A stretch of 64,000 bases of DNA from a virus (lineage: Duplodnaviria; Caudoviricetes), in IMG/VR virus record IMGVR_UViG_3300020576_004226, positions 21,322 to 85,321 of that record. One strand, written 5' to 3'. Below the pieces are notes generated by a model that was not told where the DNA came from, did no database searches, and was given only the letters and a program-made list of their open reading frames with translations. Below, piece after piece: positions 56,380 to 64,000 of the stretch; the stretch's first letter is position 1; every line of letters begins with the position of its first letter. Both the position numbers and the translations under genes were made by a program.

Positions 56380-56431
56380 TCAAAGGGCTGTACGTTCATT
56401 CAGTTATCAAACAATTCAAATTGATTTATCC

Positions 56432-56722
56432 ATGCTCATCGACGAATTTTGCGATATTTATGCAGTAGCCCAACGCGACCGGGTTGCCTCAAAGAAATAC
56501 TTCACGGCTCGTGGCGTAGTTGAGGCAACAGAAGACGAATGGATAGCAAATTTTGAAACGGCGCAATTCAACCTTGGAAGAGCAGGAAAGCCGCAACTCA
56601 AAGAACTCATCGTCAAAAGCGTTGAACAACTTGTTGAAATTGCTCAACAATACCCTGAAGAGGAGTGGAGAGACATCTCAACCAACAAGGCTAAATTAGC
56701 CAAATACTTGTCAAACAAATAA
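56432..56722 (+). CDS. Hypothetical protein
   Basis: 96 aa; C-terminus resembles that of ORF 52924 (KSVEQLVEIA...EEEW...NKAKLAKYL). Confidence 0.5.
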   Translation: MLIDEFCDIYAVAQRDRVASKKYFTARGVVEATEDEWIANFETAQFNLGRAGKPQLKELIVKSVEQLVEIAQQYPEEEWRDISTNKAKLAKYLSNK

Positions 56723-56733
56723 TTTCTTGAATC

Positions 56734-58350
56734 ATGCCAAGCAAAGTGCAATTTGGAAATAAGACCGTACTTGAACCCGGCGCATATACACGGGTGATAG
56801 GCGGTGTGACGGAGGCTCCAGAGTCTTCCTCACTTGGAACCGTCTTGATCATCGATACTGGCCTCGGGGCTGGTTGGGGTGGAGGTTCTGGCGTGAACGG
56901 CGCACTCCATCAAGACCTTGGTTCGGTGTATGAATTCGACAGCCTTCGCGACTTCCAACGTTGGATGCGCGGCGGTATCCTTTGGGATGTTGCTCAATAC
57001 ATCTTCAAACCTGTCATCGCTCAACGAGGTGCTCAAAAACTCCTCTTTGTGAGCGCAAAAACATCAATCCAAGCCACACTGTCGAAGACGCTTACCAATG
57101 GCACCATTTCGGTCAAAACCGTTGCGGAAGGCGTTGGGGCGAACGGGACAATTACTTCAACCCACCTGGACACCGGGTTTGCCGCTAAACTGGTTGCTGG
57201 TGTTGCTGACACTTCCAAATTTGTTTGGCAAGGCTGGGTTGGAACCTACCGTGGCGCCGATACTGCTGGCGTTCCTTTGAATGACATCGCCGTGGCTAAC
57301 TCCACTCCAGAATTGGTCATTCAGTCGCCCGAGGTTGCGAACATCACAGAATTGGCGGCTTGGATGCAAGATGACGCTGTCTTCCAACAGTGGTTCCGGC
57401 TGAACACGTTTACCGCCACAACTGGCTTGGGTGTTCTTGTTGCTGGCGACATCACAACTTACTCCCTTTCGGCTTTCACCGGAGCAACCGAAACTTACGG
57501 CTCTGGAGATTTGGACGACGTTTTGGAAGCCATTGGCGAGGTTGATTACACCTTCATCCTTACCGACAAATACGGCGCAACCAACGGCATTGGCACCGAG
57601 AACACCAAAATCTTTACCCATATCACAACCGAGGCAGTTTATGAGAAATTCATGATTGTCGGCGGTGGTAAGGACGCCACGGAGTTTGACCAAGCCTCTA
57701 CCAGTTCGATGGCGATGGCTCGGTACTACAATTCCAGCAAGGTGTACATTCCTCACGGTGACATCAAGAAAGTGCGCTCCGGTGGAGGCTACCGGACTTA
57801 CCCAACCATCTACTTGGCGGCTCAAATCGCTGGACGTTTGGCTGGGCTCGAGCCGCAAGTCCCTGCCACTTGGAAGCCCATTTCGGTTGACGCTGTAGTA
57901 CATGAGTTGACGCTCAAACAGCGTGAGAAGGCACTCTTGGGAGGCGTCCTCCACCTGAAGAAAGTACAAGGGCAATGGGTTATCAACCAAGAGATCAACT
58001 CCATGCAGAAGAATAACCAAATGATTTACCCTGATGGTAATTCGCCCGAGGGTTCAATCATGCGGATTGCGTCACTGCTCAACAAGGAGCTCAAACTCAA
58101 CGCAGAGCGCCAATTCGTTGGCCAGAACGTGGCGACGGCTTCTCCGGCAGACGTGAAGTCATTCATCGAAAGTTACTTGATTCTCCGCACAGCGAAGACC
58201 AACTCGGACAACCTGATTCTCAACTTTGTGAATGTATCCGTGACATACAACAACGGCGACTACACCATCTCTTACGGCTTCACGCCAAATGGTCCAGTCA
58301 ACCGCTTGTTTATCACCGGAATCATGCTCAATATCAACGTAAGCGCATAA
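56734..58350 (+). CDS. Contractile tail sheath protein
   Basis: EPGAYTRV, AAQIAGRLAGLEPQVPATWK, REKALLGGVL, INQEINS and SIMRIASLLNKEL. Confidence 0.9.
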   Translation: MPSKVQFGNKTVLEPGAYTRVIGGVTEAPESSSLGTVLIIDTGLGAGWGGGSGVNGALHQDLGSVYEFDSLRDFQRWMRGGILWDVAQYIFKPVIAQRGAQKLLFVSAKTSIQATLSKTLTNGTISVKTVAEGVGANGTITSTHLDTGFAAKLVAGVADTSKFVWQGWVGTYRGADTAGVPLNDIAVANSTPELVIQSPEVANITELAAWMQDDAVFQQWFRLNTFTATTGLGVLVAGDITTYSLSAFTGATETYGSGDLDDVLEAIGEVDYTFILTDKYGATNGIGTENTKIFTHITTEAVYEKFMIVGGGKDATEFDQASTSSMAMARYYNSSKVYIPHGDIKKVRSGGGYRTYPTIYLAAQIAGRLAGLEPQVPATWKPISVDAVVHELTLKQREKALLGGVLHLKKVQGQWVINQEINSMQKNNQMIYPDGNSPEGSIMRIASLLNKELKLNAERQFVGQNVATASPADVKSFIESYLILRTAKTNSDNLILNFVNVSVTYNNGDYTISYGFTPNGPVNRLFITGIMLNINVSA

Positions 58351-58364
58351 AACTTTAAATAACA

Positions 58365-58853
58365 ATGGCAAAGGTACTTACCGCTCCTCTGGCAGTCATC
58401 AAAATCGGTGGCGTTGCCATTGGCAAAATGCAAAATATCTCGTTTGACGAGAACATGAACCGAGTGGCTGTTCGTGGTATTGGCAACCTCACACCGGATG
58501 AAGTTCCGGCTGTAACCTGGGATGGAACGTTCACTTGTTCCCAGTACACAATTGACTTCTCAAAGGCGCTGAACCAACTCACTGACGGCAAGGCTGTACA
58601 GCGTGTGGTAAATACCATTGATGAATTCGTTGATACTGTTCTGTTGCAGGAAGAGGGACTCACCGTGGACATCATGCGCAAGGTTGTGGATACTGCTGAC
58701 CCGGTTACGGGCGTGAAGACCAGCAAACTTGAAATCTTCATGAGCGTAAAGGGTTGCTTCCAAAACCGCGACGGTATGTCTATCGCCGAGGGACAAATTT
58801 CGCAGCGCAACGCTTCCTTCATGTACATCAATCCAATCATTTACCCGCAATAA
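58365..58853 (+). CDS. Tail tube protein
   Basis: IKIGGVAIGKMQNISFDE..NRVAVRGIG..TPDEVP; follows the sheath gene. Confidence 0.82.
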   Translation: MAKVLTAPLAVIKIGGVAIGKMQNISFDENMNRVAVRGIGNLTPDEVPAVTWDGTFTCSQYTIDFSKALNQLTDGKAVQRVVNTIDEFVDTVLLQEEGLTVDIMRKVVDTADPVTGVKTSKLEIFMSVKGCFQNRDGMSIAEGQISQRNASFMYINPIIYPQ

Positions 58854-58890
58854 AAGAGGCACCTTCGGCCAAATTTATTTGCGCAAATAT

Positions 58891-58932
58891 ATGGAGTTGC
58901 TCCGCTCGAACAGCGGTGTGACTCCATTTTTT
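58891..58932 (+). terminator. Intrinsic terminator after the tail tube gene
   Basis: ATGGAGT..CCGCT-CGAAC-AGCGG..ACTCCAT followed by TTTTT. Confidence 0.7.
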
Positions 58933-58969
58933 GTTGGCAAGGTTTTTGAATAAAAAATTCATTTCCGTT

Positions 58970-59374
58970 ATGGACCAACTACAAATCACGATTTTTGATA
59001 AAAAGTATTTCGTCACCTTCCCGACGGTTGACCAATTTATTCAGATTGAGGCCACCAAAATGAGCCTTTCCACTGGAATGTACGGGCAAATGATGGCGGC
59101 TCGTAGTCGCACATCTAACATGGCTCTTGATCTCATAGATGCCTTCGCTACCTTCCTGGTAATTCTCCCTGAATTGAAGGCAGAAGGCGGCTTGCCAGAG
59201 GACATCAACAGCCTCACACCTCCACAAATTGCTCAACTTCTTATTGCCTTCAAGACCCAGTACTACCCTTGGTTCAATGGCATCATGAAAGGTATTGAAG
59301 ATCAAGTCAAACAAGCACAAAAGGCTTTGGCAGATGCAGAAGAACAATACCAAGAAGAAACTGCTCCCAACTAA
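58970..59374 (+). CDS. Tail assembly chaperone
   Basis: Between tube and tape measure; FPTVDQFIQIEATK and DLIDAFATF. Confidence 0.65.
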   Translation: MDQLQITIFDKKYFVTFPTVDQFIQIEATKMSLSTGMYGQMMAARSRTSNMALDLIDAFATFLVILPELKAEGGLPEDINSLTPPQIAQLLIAFKTQYYPWFNGIMKGIEDQVKQAQKALADAEEQYQEETAPN

Positions 59375-59726
59375 AATCCTTCCCGGCTTGGTAAAGCCGA
59401 GGATTGGCAATTTGCGCTCATTAGTAATCAACTGGAACAACGATTATCCGGTTGATTACTGGTGGCGTAAACGCTATAATGTTGCGTTCGGTAGCGAACA
59501 GCACAAGCAGATGTCTTTTATCGAAATGACGTTTGAGTACATTGAGTATGTTGAGTATAGAATCATCGAAATTGAGCAAATTCTGGAATCTAAGCGCAAA
59601 ACAGATATCAAAAACAATGAACTATTCACACAAACTTCACCTGGGAAGGAGATTGTACACATGACCAAAAAAGAGGCCGCTGAAGAGTACGACAATCTTG
59701 ACCTTTCCCAATTCAATGATAAGTAA
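59295..59726 (+). CDS. Second tail assembly chaperone segment (start uncertain)
   Basis: NWNNDYPVDYWWRKRYNVAFGSEQH; overlaps the upstream gene in the +1 frame; no ATG at the expected start. Confidence 0.55.
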   Translation: MKIKSNKHKRLWQMQKNNTKKKLLPTKILPGLVKPRIGNLRSLVINWNNDYPVDYWWRKRYNVAFGSEQHKQMSFIEMTFEYIEYVEYRIIEIEQILESKRKTDIKNNELFTQTSPGKEIVHMTKKEAAEEYDNLDLSQFNDK

Positions 59727-61984
59727 TGTCCACAGTATCACGCAGAATTGAAATATCGGGTAGCGACGCTGGTTTTGGGCGTATGGCTTCAAACTTGGCT
59801 GACGACCTACAACGGTCGTTTGAAAGTGCCAATGAGGAGCTGGAGCGCATGTCAGGGAACGCCACCGATTTTACAGACATCCTGGAGGGGAGGATGGGAG
59901 CCATTGAGACATCAGTCCAACAGGCTTTCGCTGCGATGCAACGGCGGCTCGACCAACAAAAACTTTCTGGCAACGAGCGCATTCGCCAAATGCGTGAAGA
60001 ATTGACGCAAGCCGAACGCGCATTGCGCATTGAGACCGAGCGTGCCCGACTTGCTGAGAAAATGCGTTTTCAAAATCGCATGCGAGATGCGGTTGACGCC
60101 AATGCTACACCTGAAGAACAACGGTCAATTCGAGATGAGCACAGACAAAACTCGCAAGGCATCGAAGAAGCCTTTGCCGTACAAGTACTTCAACTTCGGA
60201 ATCTGCGTGGACTTGCAGCTGCCGACGCACAAAACATTCGTGCTGATAGTGGAGGGGGTGGTGACGACAAAGACAAAAACAATGAAAATCAAGGTAGAGC
60301 ACATGCAACAGTGCTTGGTGGGGCTTTCCGGTCTGTCATGTCAGGCGTACTCCAGGGACTTGGAGTTGCCGGACTTTTCAGCATAGCAGGTTTCATTGGC
60401 AAAATGCTCAACGAGGGCATTGAACTTGACAACGCAGAGGCAAGTACTCGAGGCTTAGGAATGAGGAACGTGAAGGGAGGCACTCAATTTGGCAAGAAGC
60501 GTGCCGAGATGCTCCAGTATTCACGCGAGACGGCGGTGGCTGCCGGAAGGGCTGACTACGATGCACTCAACAACCTAACAGTCGAGAAGCGGTTCTCCCA
60601 GGATGAAAACTCTTTGCAAGGGCTTACCGCTGGTCTGCGCACCGAGGGCAAAGGAAGAAAGGCAGGTGACGTCACGGTTGAGATGCTGAATTACTTCAAA
60701 CGCTCCGACCTGTTCAACGTGAAGCGTGGAGACTTCACCCAATTAGGTGAGAAAATCCAATTCAACACGAGGATGCTCGAGATGCAAGGCGGGCAGATGC
60801 AGATGACGAACGCCACAACCAATGCCCAGATACTTGAACTCTTCGGCAAAGCGGGCATAGGAGACCAACGCTCAATGGGGTTTGTCGAGTCAATAAACTC
60901 GAGTATCACCAACCCCAACAACGACTTCTCCAAGGCATTCATAATGAGGTCGTTGAGGGAGCGCAACCCGGATGCCTCGTTGTTTGAATTGATGAAGAAG
61001 CAGGAGGAGGGTATTTTTGGTGAAGGCAACTTTGGCCAAATGCTCGGCGACCTTCAGAGGACTTTCCAGGGAGACCAATTGAAAATGAGTGTGGCACAGC
61101 TGTTCGGATTGAAGAATCACCAAGCGGAACAAATTTCCGGCATGAGCCCAGCGGACGCAGCTCGTATTGGAAGTCAAGAAGACATCAACACATATTTGAA
61201 GGGACAGGGTGAAACTCCTATGACTGCTCAAACCGGGCAAGGAGGAGTCGGTGTGATGAGCCGACGTATGGCAGAAATGAATGATTGGTTTGCTGGCAAC
61301 GGAGTGCAAGCCATACGCAAAATTGACGAGTACATAACAACATATGAGAAGGGAGGCGTGAGTGCTTTGACGTCCAAAATGATGGATGACATCACCGGAG
61401 CGATTGAACGTGGGTTCAACAAAGCAACCGACTACTTGAAAGAACAATTCTCTGCGAAGAACATGAATAAGGCTTTGGGAATTGACACGGAAGGCGTAAT
61501 GGGTCTTGATGGCAAACCGCTTTCTGGGACACAAGGCTCTGTTGAAAACCTCGTCAAGAAAAGCATGTTTGTTGGGGGAGGCTCTACTCAGCAAAAACAA
61601 GACTGGATCAATCAGGGCTTTGATTACGAGCAAACTAAATTGATGCCTCCTGCGCTTACTACATATGAGCCTCAATATTCCAGGAGCAACCTCGACAGCA
61701 GAAGAGGGAAAGACTATGTGGTTATGAAAGGCAACGACTTGGCTGGTTCTTTGAAGGGCAAGGAAGTTGAAGCAGAACTGCCGGACAAGACATATGGTTC
61801 CTACACAGCGGCGCAGATTGTTGAGTTATTCGCTTACGCTGTCCAGAACGGTCTTGAAAAAATCACTTTGGAACAAAGTAAACAAATCCTGGAGCAAGGC
61901 TTCGCCCCGACCGCTGAGACTCTGAAGCAGTTGCAAATCAACAACCTCCACAACACAAACAAAACGTATTCAACGCAGAAGTAA
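59726..61984 (+). CDS. Tape measure protein
   Basis: 752 aa, helical, rich in A/G/Q/M; follows the chaperones. Confidence 0.75.
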   Translation: MSTVSRRIEISGSDAGFGRMASNLADDLQRSFESANEELERMSGNATDFTDILEGRMGAIETSVQQAFAAMQRRLDQQKLSGNERIRQMREELTQAERALRIETERARLAEKMRFQNRMRDAVDANATPEEQRSIRDEHRQNSQGIEEAFAVQVLQLRNLRGLAAADAQNIRADSGGGGDDKDKNNENQGRAHATVLGGAFRSVMSGVLQGLGVAGLFSIAGFIGKMLNEGIELDNAEASTRGLGMRNVKGGTQFGKKRAEMLQYSRETAVAAGRADYDALNNLTVEKRFSQDENSLQGLTAGLRTEGKGRKAGDVTVEMLNYFKRSDLFNVKRGDFTQLGEKIQFNTRMLEMQGGQMQMTNATTNAQILELFGKAGIGDQRSMGFVESINSSITNPNNDFSKAFIMRSLRERNPDASLFELMKKQEEGIFGEGNFGQMLGDLQRTFQGDQLKMSVAQLFGLKNHQAEQISGMSPADAARIGSQEDINTYLKGQGETPMTAQTGQGGVGVMSRRMAEMNDWFAGNGVQAIRKIDEYITTYEKGGVSALTSKMMDDITGAIERGFNKATDYLKEQFSAKNMNKALGIDTEGVMGLDGKPLSGTQGSVENLVKKSMFVGGGSTQQKQDWINQGFDYEQTKLMPPALTTYEPQYSRSNLDSRRGKDYVVMKGNDLAGSLKGKEVEAELPDKTYGSYTAAQIVELFAYAVQNGLEKITLEQSKQILEQGFAPTAETLKQLQINNLHNTNKTYSTQK

Positions 61985-64000
61985 TGGCATACGTAGAAAT
62001 CATACACAACAACCCAAAGATCAAAAATGTAGTTGATTTTTGCGAGGAATATGGCATCCAGCTGGACGGGAACTTCACCCGGTTTAGCCTTGTTTCATAT
62101 GAAGGCAATGACAAGCGTATTGAGGCGGCTTACTTTGGCAACCCCGAGGCCGCCAATCCTGACCGACTCGAGGCTCCTGTTATGATTAGAGTGCCGCAGG
62201 AAAGGATGCAAAAAGAGTACATCGTCACAGCTGGAAATTTGCTGTTTCCTAACAGAGACTTCAAAGCCTTTTTCAGTGATGAAATCAAAAAAATCATACA
62301 ACACCCTGGGTATGTTCCACTGAACGGCCAAACAAAGGTAAAGGCCGCAAGTCGTGGAAAGGACACAACCATACGAAAAATTCACAACAATGTTTCAGTG
62401 TGGATTTGGTGTCGTGCGCTCGGTGACGATTTTGAACCTGGCAAATTGGTCAACGTCACTCCGTTCCTCGAATCGGTCACAATCACCAATACAGAATCTG
62501 GTGGAAATTTCAGCCTCAAATTGGCGCCCATAAAGAGCAAATTTGTTGACGGAGAAGGATGGCGCATTGATGAGACATCAATTTCTCAATATTTCTTCAA
62601 CGACAATTACCAATACCTTTCTCGTGTTTCCGCAACAAAAATTGTCGATGACGTCACACGTTGGCAAGAATACTTTTTCCACAATGTGATAAGTTCCAAT
62701 GACGTTGTGTTTCTCCAGTTTGAGGTGCTTGATATGGAGAAGAACCGGGTAAGTGACGAGTCATTTTACAACAACCTATTCATTTCTACGGCTTCGCTCC
62801 CTGGACGCAATTTTGACATGATTGGTTTGGTTGACTCCAATTCCATAAACCAATCCCCGGCTGATTCTGGCGTGAGTATAAGTGTCGGCGGTCGTGACTT
62901 GATGAAACTGCTTTTGGAAGATGGTTGTTACTTCTTTCCGCTCGACTTTGCTTCCGAGAATGGCGGCTTTGTAAACACAGATTCTGACAACCCTTCCTTC
63001 AGGAGGCTCGTCAACGGAGAACTTGTGTTCTTCAATGCTTATGTTGACCGCAGTATTGAATTCTCCCTTCGATTCATCTTCAACCTTTTAGCAAACATAA
63101 AGGTGTGTGACAACAGGCTGTTCCAGCACTATCCTGAGAAGGTGTATCGGTATGAATCGAAAGACACAACTGCTTCCGCTCAACAACAAAAGGGAGTCGG
63201 CTCGTTTAACGCCAACCAATACAATAAGGTGGATGTTGATGGCATTTGGAACGTGATTAGGCTTGTAGTTGACCCAGAAATAGGAGGCCGTCGTATTGTG
63301 GACAGCAGCATATCAACAGACAGTGGAAGTCTCATCAATTTCGTACATAAGGTTTGTCAAGACCCATTCGTTGAATTTTATGGGGAGACGTTCGGAGACA
63401 AATACTACTTTATTGCTCGCAAACATCCTTTTACTGGGAAGTCAGTGGCGTCATACATTAAACAGGAACTTGTCATTGACATCAATGACGACGTTGTTTA
63501 CGGCGCAGATTTGAAGTTCGACGACAGTGAGGTGTACTCCTGGTATAGATTGACCCCGAGGGGAAACTTTTTCGGTGATAGCAAGGGTATCAGTCTGCTC
63601 CAATTCCCGGCTATTTTCTTTGCTCGTTACGCTGAAATTTGGGGGAGTCGCCCGCTTTCAGTTGTGTCAAATTACATTGACTACCATGACCTCCCAAATT
63701 CTACCAACTGGGTTGACCTCGACTACCTGACCAAGCAACCCACCCAGGTTTTGGCGTATATTGTCGAGACGCATGCGTTGCTCCCGTTTACAAGAACTGG
63801 AACAATCAGCATTCTCGGCGACAGGAGAATCAAAAAGGGCATGTTTATTCGCTTCACGCCGACCTCTGAAATATACTATGTTGAATCTGTAACAAACTCT
63901 TGGGCTTTCAACGCTGGATCAAATGACCGGGTGACCAACATTACAGTAAGCCGAGGCATGGTGGAACGTTTTATGGATATGTCTCAAAGAATCAATTACT
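61984..64000 (+). CDS. Baseplate hub / tail-tip protein (gp27-like), truncated by the window end; absent from the ORF track
   Basis: ATG at 61984 (TAATG overlap) with a frame that reads open to the end; GRDLMKLLLED and TGTISILGDRRIKKGMFI...YYVESV...TNITVSRG. Confidence 0.7.
   Translation, partial: MAYVEIIHNNPKIKNVVDFCEEYGIQLDGNFTRFSLVSYEGNDKRIEAAYFGNPEAANPDRLEAPVMIRVPQERMQKEYIVTAGNLLFPNRDFKAFFSDEIKKIIQHPGYVPLNGQTKVKAASRGKDTTIRKIHNNVSVWIWCRALGDDFEPGKLVNVTPFLESVTITNTESGGNFSLKLAPIKSKFVDGEGWRIDETSISQYFFNDNYQYLSRVSATKIVDDVTRWQEYFFHNVISSNDVVFLQFEVLDMEKNRVSDESFYNNLFISTASLPGRNFDMIGLVDSNSINQSPADSGVSISVGGRDLMKLLLEDGCYFFPLDFASENGGFVNTDSDNPSFRRLVNGELVFFNAYVDRSIEFSLRFIFNLLANIKVCDNRLFQHYPEKVYRYESKDTTASAQQQKGVGSFNANQYNKVDVDGIWNVIRLVVDPEIGGRRIVDSSISTDSGSLINFVHKVCQDPFVEFYGETFGDKYYFIARKHPFTGKSVASYIKQELVIDINDDVVYGADLKFDDSEVYSWYRLTPRGNFFGDSKGISLLQFPAIFFARYAEIWGSRPLSVVSNYIDYHDLPNSTNWVDLDYLTKQPTQVLAYIVETHALLPFTRTGTISILGDRRIKKGMFIRFTPTSEIYYVESVTNSWAFNAGSNDRVTNITVSRGMVERFMDMSQRINY

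Noticed and set aside
1-64000. Numerous minus-strand and nested ORFs in the six-frame track
   Set aside because: They are antisense or shadow frames of tightly packed + strand genes and show no recognisable motifs.
1-64000. tRNA, rRNA or CRISPR arrays
   Set aside because: No cloverleaf-like or regularly spaced repeat-spacer structures were seen by eye; intergenic spacers are short. A tRNAscan run would be needed to exclude them fully.

Overview
This window is 64 kb of a large myovirus (contractile-tailed phage) genome, with essentially all genes on the + strand in the standard genetic code. The head and tail genes resemble the SPO1/K/A511 (Herelleviridae-like) type. A-rich start regions without Shine-Dalgarno motifs and a choice-of-anchor-D domain suggest a Bacteroidota host (inference). 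Layout: (1) 1-20.5 kb, DNA metabolism and accessory genes: UvrD-like helicase, RNase H, secreted transglycosylase-like protein, GIY-YIG endonuclease, Spo11/TopoVI-A-like TOPRIM protein, secreted thermonuclease, about 25 small hypotheticals, class II RNR nrdJ and dUTPase. (2) 20.6-27.7 kb, a stand-alone fibre module with a frameshifted tip gene and a duplicated holin-like gene. (3) 28.3-31.5 kb, DnaQ-like exonuclease and large terminase. (4) 33.7-40.1 kb, a thymidine-hypermodification cluster: two P-loop kinases, FAD oxidoreductase, GNAT, amino acid:DNA transferase, DNA methyltransferase and 5-hmdU DNA kinase helical domain, placed between terminase and portal. (5) 40.7-52.8 kb, portal, lysis cassette, MuF-like protein, putative head cargo proteins, protease/scaffold and major capsid. 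(6) 52.9-64 kb, neck, sheath, tube, chaperones, tape measure and a truncated baseplate hub. The two best leads are the hypermodification cluster, which has extra components, and a family of putative head-packaged cargo proteins that share a [ILVFM]-x-K-[AS] maturation motif and a paralogous N-terminal module. All family assignments come from motif recognition by eye; no database searches were run.
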